Shown: positions 11,038 to 21,769 of the stretch, in pieces
Numbering within the stretch: position 1 is the stretch's first letter
Layout of the letters: every line of letters starts with the position of its first letter
Assembly: GCA_012862495.1 (NCBI GenBank)
Contig: BLSG01000298.1
Coordinates: 1-64,000, forward strand
DNA: 64,000 nucleotides
DNA from: Thraustochytrium aureum
Lineage: Eukaryota
Direction of reading: 5' to 3'
Translations under genes and position numbers: made by a program
Notes under the pieces: model-generated
What the model saw: the letters and a program-made list of their open reading frames with translations, nothing else
The model's database searches: none
Told to the model about the DNA's origin: nothing

Positions 11038-12699
11038 ATGGACGCGGCACGCAAGCCGAACGTGGCAAATGCCACCACCAAGGCGCCCGAAAGCGAGGAG
11101 CTCACCGACAAGGAGAGGCTCAAAAAGGTACTGGAGGAGAGGCCGGTGCGGCCCGCGGGTCTGCGCAAGCAGCTCTTGCAACTCTATGTGTTGCTGGTTG
11201 CGTTCAACCTGGGGTTTGTCCTGCTGGCGTTCTCCATGTCGCACCCAGTCCCCGAGGGCAAGTTCGAGCTTGAAGACGGGACGTTGATCGACGTGAACGC
11301 GTTCGACCCCGTCGCGCTGGGGCCGTACCCAAAGTGCCACCCACACCATGGCGAGCACATGGCCGCGGACGGGACTACCTGGGTCAAGAACGACGCGGTG
11401 GATGTGCNNNNNNNNNNNNNNNNNNNNNNNNNNNNNNNNNNNNNNNNNNNNNNNNNNNNNNNNNNNNNNNNNNNNNNNNNNNNNNNNNNNNNNNNNNNNN
11501 NNNNNNNNNNNNNNNNNNNNNNNNNNNNNNNNNNNNNNNNNNNNNNNNNNNNNNNNNNNNNNNNNNNNNNNNNNNNNNNNNNNNNNNNNNNNNNNNNNNN
11601 NNNNNNNNNNNNNNNNNNNNNNNNNNNNNNNNNNNNNNNNNNNNNNNNNNNNNNNNNNNNNNNNNNNNNNNNNNNNNNNNNNNNNNNNNNNNNNNNNNNC
11701 GGCTGCAAACACGCGGTATGGATGCACGCGAAACCGGATTCGCAGCGAGACGGCGCCGACGACGTGGAGCGCGACGAGGACGTCGGGCAGAGCGCGCTGC
11801 AAGACGGAGACGCGTACATGTTTCCCGTGATGGGCTCGGCAGTGCTCCTGGGCCTCTTTGTGGTGTACAAGTACCTGAACGCAGACTGGATCAAGCTTCT
11901 CTTCAGCCTGTACGTCGTTGTCATGTGCACCAATGGACTTGGCATCAACCTTGGCCAAGTCGTGGCGCTCTGGTTCAACAGCCGCGGCCTGGGCCGCTTC
12001 CGCACGCTTTTCACCGTGCCTTACTTTGATGTGCGCGTGACCGCGATCGACATCGCGGCATATGCGGTTTCTTGCGCGCTTGGCGTGTACTACATCCAAA
12101 CGAAGAACTGGGTCATCAACAACGTAATGGGGCTCTCGTTCTGCTTGCTCGGGATCAAGTACATCGGCATATCCTCGTACAAGACGGGCCTCATCATGCT
12201 CGCGGGGCTGATGGCGTACGACTTGTTTTTCGTTTTTGGATCCAAGTCCGTGTTCGGGTCCAACGTTATGGTGACGGTGGCCACGGGTGTAGAGGCTCCC
12301 ATCAAGCTCGTGTTCCCGCGCGGACAGGACGGGTGCGGCAACATGATGTTCTCCATGCTGGGCCTTGGCGACATTGTGGTGCCGGGGCTCTTTATCGCTT
12401 TTCTGGCCAAGTACGACCTGCACCGTCCCGCGTTTGGCAGGACGGCTTCGTACACATTCCTCAACGCGGTGGTGGCGAGCTACGCGCTCAGCCTGGTCAC
12501 CACGGTGGCGGTCATGCTCGTCTTTAACCACGCCCAGCCGGCGCTCATCTACATTGTGCCGTTCATCTCGGCCACGTCGTTTGGGTTGGCGCTCGGCAAG
12601 GGCGAGCTGTCGCTACTGAACGCCTTTGTGGTGGAGGACACCATGATCGAGCTGAGCGGCGAATCGGCCCCCGGCAGTGAGGGCAAGAAGGACAAGTAG
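11038..12699 (+). CDS. SPP: signal peptide peptidase (GxGD intramembrane aspartyl protease, A22B), gap 11408-11699
   Basis: Catalytic YD (AYDLFFVFG), GLGDIVVPG and QPALIY motifs; multiple TM helices; C-terminal KKDK dilysine ER-retrieval motif. Confidence 0.95.
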   Translation: MDAARKPNVANATTKAPESEELTDKERLKKVLEERPVRPAGLRKQLLQLYVLLVAFNLGFVLLAFSMSHPVPEGKFELEDGTLIDVNAFDPVALGPYPKCHPHHGEHMAADGTTWVKNDAVDVXXXXXXXXXXXXXXXXXXXXXXXXXXXXXXXXXXXXXXXXXXXXXXXXXXXXXXXXXXXXXXXXXXXXXXXXXXXXXXXXXXXXXXXXXXXXXXXXXXGCKHAVWMHAKPDSQRDGADDVERDEDVGQSALQDGDAYMFPVMGSAVLLGLFVVYKYLNADWIKLLFSLYVVVMCTNGLGINLGQVVALWFNSRGLGRFRTLFTVPYFDVRVTAIDIAAYAVSCALGVYYIQTKNWVINNVMGLSFCLLGIKYIGISSYKTGLIMLAGLMAYDLFFVFGSKSVFGSNVMVTVATGVEAPIKLVFPRGQDGCGNMMFSMLGLGDIVVPGLFIAFLAKYDLHRPAFGRTASYTFLNAVVASYALSLVTTVAVMLVFNHAQPALIYIVPFISATSFGLALGKGELSLLNAFVVEDTMIELSGESAPGSEGKKDK

Positions 12700-12917
12700 G
12701 TACGCTAGCCTGGCACGCGTAGTAGTGAATCACGACAAAGGGACGAGATGAGATTGGTTCGCTTCTAACTGATTCGCATCGCCGCCACGACCCCACGCCT
12801 GGGCCGCCTCCCCCGGCTGCCGACCTTGCGAACCCTCTTGACAACATGCGGCGTATTTTCACAACTAGACAATTGAGGCCTCGGCCGGCGGACGGCCTGC
12901 CTCACGAGCGAGTTGAC

Positions 12918-14810
12918 TCAGAGACGAAAGTCCGCGCCTACCTCGACTTCGACGGCGCTCTCGGCCCCAAGCCCCGGCGACTCGAACATTCTTGGCGACA
13001 TCTCAACAACCTGGGGCGAGCCGGGCCTGGGCTTGGCATCTGCACCTGGGATTGGCTCCGATACTGGGTCAAGCACATCCGCGCCTCGCCGCAGAACACG
13101 CCCCAAGCTCTCGCGCCAGCTCTTGCGCTGCGTGCTCTTGCGTGTTGACGGCGGCATGGTCGTCTTGGCAACCTCGATCGAGCCGGCCTCCTGCCCGTCT
13201 GCGCTTGCAAACCCTCCTCGGCGGGCTGTTGCGATACTTCTTGCGAGGCAGCCGTCTTTTTCGANNNNNNNNNNNNNNNNNNNNNNNNNNNNNNNNNNNN
13301 NNNNNNNNNNNNNNNNNNNNNNNNNNNNNNNNNNNNNNNNNNNNNNNNNNNNNNNNNNNNNNNNNNNNNNNNNNNNNNNNNNNNNNNNNNNNNNNNNNNN
13401 NNNNNNNNNNNNNNNNNNNNNNNNNNNNNNNNNNNNNNNNNNNNNNNNNNNNNNNNNNNNNNNNNNNNNNNNNNNNNNNNNNNNNNNNNNNNNNNNNNNN
13501 NNNNNNNNNNNNNNNGATACTTCTTGCGAGGCAGCCGTCTTTTTCGACGTCGTCCGCGCCCCGGGGTGCCTGTCCTCGCCAAAAACGTGCTTATCGAACG
13601 GATCCAAGAACTGGAGCAGCGCGTACCGGTGGCCAGACCCGATGCCGTGGCCAAAGCCGGCGTTGTAGCCCGTTATGTCGTTTGCCGCGACCGTGTCGCG
13701 ACGAAACCCGCTCGTTTCAGGGTCCGCCACCAAGGCCTCCACCCTGTCCTGCACGTCGGCCCGCGTCGCGACATCATGCCAGATCCTCTCTGGCAAGACC
13801 GCAAGCGTGGCGACCTCTTCCTTTTGCAAGGAGACGTCATCCCAGCTGAACTCGCCGTTGGCGTTGTGCTCGCTGAGCACGTCTCCAGAGTACACGAGCA
13901 TGAGGAACTGGAGCTGCTTTGGCGGCAGGACCTCTTGCCAACAGCAGCGCAGCCGCATGGTCCCCGGCGAGATCTTAAGGCCCGTCTCTTCGTAGCACTC
14001 GCGGAGAGCGCCCTCCTCCAAGGTCTCCCCCGCCTCGACGTGCCCGCCTGGGAAGCAGTACATGTTGTTGTAGGTGCCGTGGTGCTTGGTGACGCGCTGG
14101 GTGATCACGAGGTGCTGCTCGCCCTTGTACACAACGCGCGGGATCACCACGCACGCCACGCGCACCGGCGGGTACTGCTTTTGGCAGACCAGCTTGGCGG
14201 GGTTGGCAAAGGTGTGGAGCTGCATCAGCAGGCGCACGGTCGCGCCCATAATTGAACGGCGGTACGAAAAGGATCCTGCAGGGACAATCTGCAGCGACTC
14301 GCCGTTTTGGCTGCTGTCTTCGCCCAACGCGCCGAGCCAGTCCAAGGCCTGGATCGCCGAGATGACCACGTCTTTGGACTGTTCTTGCCGGACCACCAGC
14401 AAGGGCTGCTCCAGGTGGACCCTGGCGCGCATGAACATGTCCTCGCCGTACCGAGCTATCTTGCGGCGACCGTTCGGCCGCTTGATGAACACACGCGGCC
14501 GCCGCGAGGGGCCTTGTTCCGGCTGGTGCACGTCGTCCAGCGTGAAGGGCTGCACCGGGTATGACAGGACGTCCTGCAACGCGTGGTGAGGCGTCTTGAG
14601 AGCATTCTTTCCGCCCTTTCGCGCACCGAGCTGCTCTGGGCTCGGTGCTGGCTTTGCGTTTTGAGCGAGCTTTTGGATCTCCCCTTTCGGCACCAGCCTG
14701 GACTTGCTGCCTCCGCCCACGAGAAACGAGTCCTTCTTAGTCAGTCGCGGCGCCAGTGCCATCGAGGGCTGGGCGGCCACCATGCCTTGGCCGTCCCCGC
14801 CTTGCCCCAT
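12918..14810 (-). CDS. Nudix hydrolase (possibly NUDT17-like) with long N- and C-terminal extensions
   Basis: Nudix box FPGGHVEAGETLEEGALRECYEETGL (GX5EX7REUXEEXGU). The start and the C-terminal frame beyond the gap are uncertain. Confidence 0.85.
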   Translation of the reverse strand: MGQGGDGQGMVAAQPSMALAPRLTKKDSFLVGGGSKSRLVPKGEIQKLAQNAKPAPSPEQLGARKGGKNALKTPHHALQDVLSYPVQPFTLDDVHQPEQGPSRRPRVFIKRPNGRRKIARYGEDMFMRARVHLEQPLLVVRQEQSKDVVISAIQALDWLGALGEDSSQNGESLQIVPAGSFSYRRSIMGATVRLLMQLHTFANPAKLVCQKQYPPVRVACVVIPRVVYKGEQHLVITQRVTKHHGTYNNMYCFPGGHVEAGETLEEGALRECYEETGLKISPGTMRLRCCWQEVLPPKQLQFLMLVYSGDVLSEHNANGEFSWDDVSLQKEEVATLAVLPERIWHDVATRADVQDRVEALVADPETSGFRRDTVAANDITGYNAGFGHGIGSGHRYALLQFLDPFDKHVFGEDRHPGARTTSKKTAASQEVXXXXXXXXXXXXXXXXXXXXXXXXXXXXXXXXXXXXXXXXXXXXXXXXXXXXXXXXXXXXXXXXXXXXXXXXXXXXXXXXXXXXXEKDGCLARSIATARRGGFASADGQEAGSIEVAKTTMPPSTRKSTQRKSWRESLGRVLRRGADVLDPVSEPIPGADAKPRPGSPQVVEMSPRMFESPGLGAESAVEVEVGADFRL

Positions 14811-15983
14811 TCTCCTCTGCTCCTGTTGCTCCTGCTGCTCTTGTCGCGCCGGGCTGGGCCAACGCGCCAACCCTCCAGCTCGTTCGAGCGACCTGGTCGA
14901 GGGCGCTGCCTTCGGTGGGCGGCCTGGTGCGCTGTCGTGGGCTCCAGCTCGTTGCAGGTATGCTGGCTGGGTTGGCCTGCAACGGTCGTCTGTCTGCTGG
15001 AGCGCGCGGCTGGCCCCGTCAGCTTCGATCGCGTCTGTCTGGCGGTCTGGCAGTCTGGCTGGGGCCTTTCAAAGTCGGTTTGCCGCTGGCTCGTCGATTG
15101 CAATTTCGATTTCGATTTCGTCGCGGGTGTCCAGTGCGCGGCGTGGTGTGCCTCCTCCCTCCCTCCGTTCCTCCCTCCGTTCCTCCCTTTCTGCCTCTTG
15201 CTTCCCTCTTTCTTTTCATCCACGGGCGCGATTCGTTTTGGTTTTGTGGGCCTTGTGCTCGCTCAGCTGCGCGCTGGTTCAAGCTTGTCCTGCTCTTGGA
15301 CACGGCAGGTGAGTAGGTAAAGGGTATTGTGGCTGGAAAGCCATTGGAAGCGTGAAATCACACATCACGAACGGGCCCATTTTCACCTTTTTGCTAGGCG
15401 CCTGCGCGTGCGTGCGGTCCACACCAGGTGGTGGGTGGGCAGGCGGCCAACGACGCAGGAGCCGCACGCCGCGCGAGTCCCGCAAGAGCCCCGCTGTCGC
15501 CGGAGCCGCTCGCTGCCTATGCGTCGGAACGAGAACGAATAAGGCGTTAGTTTTGTTTTTTTTCTGGCTCGGGTCGATCCCGGCGTGCATCTGCGGCTGC
15601 ACCGACACACTGCGAGGCAGATTCGTTCCTGATGCCTGACGCAGGGATGCGGGACCGCGTATGTCTTTCGCGCAGCAGCCGAGGCGATTGCCTGGCTGCT
15701 GCCAAGCAAGTCAGAATCGGGCTTCCATGGTCGTCAATTCATTTCTCGCCTTGGCCAGCCCGGAGCTGGCGCGATCGCCGCCTGGGCGCCCTCTGCGCGC
15801 TGTGCACTGTGCGGTGTCAATGATGAGAGTTGGGAGCATGGGCGGTCAACTTTTTCCGCGCCGCGTTGCCCAAGTTGCCGTGCTCTCCCACTGGCCGGCG
15901 GGAGTCGCTCTGCAGCGGCCTGCTTGACGCGAATCTCGCACCGCGCCGCTGCATGGGCCCCGTCCTGCCGGCCTGGACACCAA

Positions 15984-16034
15984 GTGCGGCTCCTTGCGCG
16001 GTGTGGCTCCTTGCGCGGTGTGGCTCCTTGCGCG
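15984..16034. repeat. 17-bp tandem repeat x3 (gtgtggctccttgcgcg)
   Basis: Read directly from the sequence; intergenic between the divergent Nudix and ABCC genes. Confidence 0.9.
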
Positions 16035-17103
16035 GGTGCAATGGCTTACAGCCCTGTTAGGTACTACTCGCTGAACGTGGCCTGCGAGGGGCCGAGCCGC
16101 TCGCGGAAAGCGGGGCCGCGAGCAGCGCATGGTGGAGATGCTGCGAGCGAGCGGTGTGCGTTCCCAAGCGGAGCTGTGCCGCTCCGGCCGGACCCAGATG
16201 TCTCGGCCATCCGTGCTTGCTCTGGGCTTGAGCACGATGGGCTGGAGCCCTCGCATCGCGGCGGGCTAGGTGCCTTGGCGGGGCGTGGGAGGAAGAAGGG
16301 ACCAAGCTGAAGTCATTCATCCCTTGGCGGAGGAAACCTTGCAGCAACTCGTTGAAAGGCCGCAATGCAAGCAGCTTGCTTTAGCAACGGCGCTGAAAGC
16401 GCATGCGCAAGCATTTCAAATTACCACCACGGCCTGCCGCCACCAGACGCGCCGCGCACTTCTCCCGCTCCCACAACACGCGGTACGGTCCGACGCGTCA
16501 CAGCGTCAAGCGGCGCGTCACCTCTACCGTTGCATCGCGCCGTGCAGCCTCCAAGTCCCCGCCAGCGCCAGGTTCGTCCGCGTTCAATTGATGAAAGTCG
16601 AGCGAGTGGCCTCCCCAAGTTGCACGTCGACGAAGCCGCGCACCAACCGAACGGACCCGACGGCCCAGCTCGCCGGTCCAGGAACAGCGCGCGAGCAACG
16701 AACGACGCGCAGCCGCCGACGCAAGTTTGCGTACAACGCAGAACAACGCGTGCAAGGCGCACCTGGAGGTCGGAATAGGCCTGCGGGAGCAGGGGCTTTG
16801 GGCGGTCCTCGATGGGCCTCCGGAGCCACTTCGGCCGCGTTTGCTTCGGTCGAATGACGTTGGAGTACCCGGAGGAAGGGCAGGAACTGGACATTGGAGC
16901 GAGGGCGCACGCAGACCAGCCCGCAGACCCAAACAAACGGCAGGCAGCGCTCGATCGAACGGTCGATCGATCAGGCGGTCGCGCGGGCAGGCGGGCGGCC
17001 GGGCCGGCCCCATTTGCGGAGGACTCTCGTTGGCGGCGGAAGGGCAAAAGCGCGGCTGCAGAGTACTCGTGCGGCGCTCGAAAGGTGGTCCCGGGTGGGC
17101 GAG

Positions 17104-20100
17104 ATGGGGTCCGGGCGAGAGGAGCAGGTGAAGCTGAGGACCGGCGACGCCGACGTTGTTCATGAGCTGAGGAACGCGAAAGGGAGGCCTGTGCGGGCCA
17201 GCAAAGGCGTGGACCTGTTTCTGGTGAATTGGCTGCCGTACATCATCCGCGGGTACAGCACGCCAATGGAGGAGACTGGCGTGCCGCTCAACCCGACAAC
17301 GGACAGCACAGAGTACCTGGCCAAACTAGGCGCCGCCCGCTGGGCCGAANNNNNNNNNNNNNNNNNNNNNNNNNNNNNNNNNNNNNNNNNNNNNNNNNNN
17401 NNNNNNNNNNNNNNNNNNNNNNNNCTTTGAGCTCTACGTCGGGTTTTTCCTCTCCGTCGTTCAGGGGCTCCTCTTCTCCGTCGCGCGGCCCTTGCTGCTC
17501 GGCAAGATCATCCGCATCGTTCAAGACGCGAATTCGACCAACTCGGAGGGGGCGGCCTTCGCGGTGCTGTTTGCGGCAGTCATCCTCTTGGAGGGCGTGA
17601 TGCAAGCCCAAGTCAAACAGCTCCTCTCCTGCCGGGTCGGCTCGCGATTCATTTGCTGGATGTCGAGCCTCGTGCAGAAGAAGGCCACCACCGTCTCTGA
17701 AATTGCGGTGGGGGCGGCGGGCCTGCAAGAGTCGGGCCTGATCGGCGCCGACGTGACGCGCATGGTCGAGGACTGGCGTTGGATGTCGCTCCTGCCCTAC
17801 GTGCTCACGGCGCTTGTCGGCGGGGTCTCGGTGCTGTCGGTCACGCTCGGCTTGAGCAGCTTGGTGGGCTTCGCGATCATGTTCTCCATCGCGTTCCTCA
17901 ACTACAAGATCACGCGCGTAGTCCAGGTCATCGAGGAGCGCGACTTTGCCGAGGGGGACAAGCGCATCGGCATCCTCCGCGAGGTGCTCTCTGGGATCAA
18001 GGCCATCAAAATGATGGCATGGGAAGTTCCCTTTCAGCGCCTCCTCGTCGCCGCGCGCCACAAGGAGGCCGACCTCATCCGCCAGTTCCGCGCCCTCACT
18101 GTCTCCTCGATCAACATGGGCCGCGCCTCGCCCGTCCTGGCGGCGGCCTTCTCTATTCTCACCCTCGCGTTCGTGAGCCCGGACAAGCTCAACGCAGAGA
18201 CGATCTTTGTCGCCATTTCTTCGTACCAGGGCCTCCGTCTCCCTTTGATCAGCATTCCGATGCAAGCCACCATGCTGGCCAACACGTTTGTTTCCTTTGC
18301 GCGCCTGCGTCGCTATTTGCTGCTCGACGACGCGCCGCCCGCAGAGCCGCTCGGCCCAGAGAGCCCTGACGCCGTTCTCATTCAGCGCGCCACGTTCTCA
18401 TGGAGCGCGTCGCCGGCGCCGCCAAGTGGGCAGGGCCGGGCTGCCGGGGTTTCGCAGGGCTTGGCCGACGAGCCAGCCGCCCCAGTCTCCATGGCGAGGC
18501 TCTCTAGCGGCGGAGCGGCGGAGGCGGAGGCGGACTCGCCGTCAGATGGGCCCAAAACCGGCCGCGCACCCACGTTCCGCCTCAAAGACATCTCGCTGCG
18601 CGTGCGCCGCGACAACCACCTGGTCGCCGTTGTCGGCAAGGTTGGCAGCGGCAAGTCGTCGCTGCTCAGTAGCATCCTCGGGTCTATGTACATTCAGGGC
18701 GGCGCGGTCAAGATCATCGACAAGGTGGCCTTCATCCCGCAAAAGCCGTTTGTCATGAGCGGCACCGTGGTCGACAACGTCGTCATGGGACATGCAAACG
18801 ACCCCGCGCTCTTCAAGCGCGTGCTCCGGGCGTCCGCCCTCGACGTCGACCTGCCCGCCCTCCCCGACGGCATGAACACCGAAATCGGCGAACGCGGGCA
18901 AACACTTAGCGGCGGCCAAGCTGCTCGTGTTTCCATCGCCAGGGCGCTTTACCACAAGCCCGAGCTCTTGCTCCTTGACGACCCTCTCAGCGCGGTGGAC
19001 CCAGAGGTGGCCAACAACTTGTTTCGTCGCTCCGTGCTCGGCTTTCTGGGCCGCTTCGGGGACCTCTACAAGGATGGCGAACCGCCGCAGCAGGGCGACC
19101 CCGCGTTTAGCGCGGGGGCGAGCCAGCCAGCCCTTCCGCGCAGAGCCGTGCTCATGGCGCTCAACCAGCTGCACCTTTTGCCGCATTTCGACCACGTTGT
19201 GGTCCTCAAGGACGGCGTCATCGCCGAGCAGGGCGCATTCGCAGAGCTTACCGCCGACAAGTCCAGCTTGCTCTCGGAAATGATGCAGGGCCTCGAAGCC
19301 GTGCAGGACGCCAACTTGGAGGACCTCCTCGCCCAGGACAACGAAGAGCTCGAGGAGCGCGACCGCGCCGAACAAGCCGAACGAGCCGCGGAACGTGAAG
19401 AGGCCTGCCATGAAGCGGAGATCACGGTCGGCGTTGAAGCGGCTGGCGGCGACGAGTTGCCCGAGAACACGCTTGGATCCTCCGAGGAGGCCGACACAAA
19501 GCAGAAAGCGCCCCCGCGCAAGCGGCACACGTTAGTGTCACGGGAGACGGGCGAGAAAGGCGCAGTATCAAAGTCTATCGTGTTTGACTATCTGAGGATG
19601 CAGGGCTGGATGCGCGTCCCCTTTTCGTTCATCTTTGCCATCGCTGCGTACTCTTTCATGGCCGCGAGCGATCTGTACCTTGCCAACTGGATCAAGATCA
19701 GCGGCTCGATCACCGACACCAGCGAGCACCTCACCAACGCGGGTGTTTACATCGCGCTTGCGATGTGCAACGTGATCGGAATCGAGATCCTCTCGCTTCA
19801 CAACACGCGGTCGTCGGTGCGCGCCTCGACAAACGTGCACGACGTGTGCATCGACCACATCCTCCACGCCCCCATCACCTGGTACGAGGAGACGCCCTCT
19901 GGCCGAATCATTAGCAGGTTCAGCGGCGACATGTCTATGATCGACAGGCAGCTCGCGTTCATCTTCGACGACACCTTCCAGTTTGTCTTCCTGCTCTGCG
20001 CCCTCATATTTGTCGTGTGCTACATCGTCCCCGAGCTCATCGCGGTCGTCGCGGTCGGCGTCGGGCTCTTCATCTGGCAAGTGATCGCGGTGGACAGGAC

Positions 20101-21401
20101 CAACCGCGAGGTCAAGCGCTACGCCAACCAGGCGCTGGCTCCCATCCTTACCAACGTTGCCGAGACCGTCGGGGCGCGCGACCTCATCCGCTGCATGCAG
20201 CTCGAGAGCTACTTTTGCGACCGCCACTACGCGCACGTGGACCGCTACACCTCCAACGTGTACATGAGCCACTCGCTCGTCAACTTTTCCACCCTCGTCA
20301 GCGGCTTTGTCAGCTTCCTGCTCTCGTCCGGCGCGGCGCTCGTGGTTGTGTTTCGCCGCAACGAGTACGAGCCAGCACTCGTAGGCCTGGCGCTTACCTA
20401 CAGCTTCCTCGTGCCGTACTTTCTCAGCCTCCTGTCCATCATCCTCCCCATCGGGTTTGCGGCGCTCACTTCGCTCGAGCGCGTCATCGAGTACAAGTCG
20501 GCGCGGGTGCCGCAGGAGCCCGATTGGTACACTCCCGTGGACGAGTCGCTCAAGGTCGCGGGTGCCGCTCCATCTGCAATCGTAGCGCACGACTCAACTG
20601 CGCCTCGCTCGTTCGTCCACGCAGAGCCGAGTGCGACAACCGACACGCAGGCCGAGCCGCCTGCCTCCGGCCACGCCTGGCCGTCCTCGGGCACAGTCGT
20701 GCTCGAGAATGTTACTCTCATTTACCGCGCTGGCCTCGCGCCCGCTCTGCGCGGCCTTTCGGTCGTCTTCGAGGGCGGTAAGCAGCACGGTATTTGCGGC
20801 CGCACCGGCGCTGGCAAGTCGAGCATCACGATGCTGTTGTTTCGCGTTCACGAGTGCGCCAAGGGGCGCATACTGATCGACGGCCAAGACATCGCAGAGG
20901 TCGGCTTGCAGCTCTTGCGGTCGAGCCTCACCATCATCCCGCAGACCCCGCTGCTTCTCCGCGGTAGCTTGCGCAAGAACCTCGACCCGTTTGACACGTA
21001 CTCGGACGCCGATCTGCTCGCCGCCATGGCCAAGGTCGGGCTGAGCGCCGACCTCTTGCGCGCCCGCCCGACAGCGCCCGACAGCGGCAAGAAGAAGGCC
21101 AAGGACGGCCCCAAGGCGAGCGAAGCCCAGGACTACCTCTCGCTCAGCGTCGGCGAAAAACAGCTGCTCAGCCTCGCGCGGGCCATTTTGCGCGACGAGG
21201 CGAGCCGGCGAATCGTCGTCTTGGACGAGCCCACCTCGTCGCTCGACGTGGGCACGGACGACCACATCCAAGCTATCGTTCGCCGCGAGTTCCGAAACGC
21301 AACCACGCTCACCATCGCGCACCGTCTCGGCTCAATCATCGACTCGGACAACATCCTCGTCATGGACAAGGGCCAGGTGGCCGAGTTCGGCCCTCCTGCC
21401 G
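17104..21401 (+). CDS. ABCC (MRP-type) full ABC transporter, TMD-NBD-TMD-NBD; 3' end in gap
   Basis: Lasso-like NWLPYIIRGYSTPME. NBD1 has GKVGSGKS, LSGGQ and LLLDDPLSAVD. NBD2 has GRTGAGKS, LSVGE, VLDEPTSSLD and IAHRL. TMD2 contains the TPSGRIISRFSGD motif. Confidence 0.95.
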
Positions 21402-21769
21402 NNNNNNNNNNNNNNNNNNNNNNNNNNNNNNNNNNNNNNNNNNNNNNNNNNNNNNNNNNNNNNNNNNNNNNNNNNNNNNNNNNNNNNNNNNNNNNNNNNN
21501 NNNNNNNNNNNNNNNNNNNNNNNNNNNNNNNNNNNNNNNNNNNNNNNNNNNNNNNNNNNNNNNNNNNNNNNNNNNNNNNNNNNNNNNNNNNNNNNNNNNN
21601 NNNNNNNNNNNNNNNNNNNNNNNNNAACATGCCAGCAGCGCCGGTGCTGGCCGCTTGGCCGCCGCGCAGGCGCTGGCGTGTGTTGCGACGTTGGCCTTGG
21701 ATCTGCCCCATGTGGTGAGGGATTCCGCGCGCGATCCGTCCCGCCCGCGATCCATCCATCCCGCACGCG

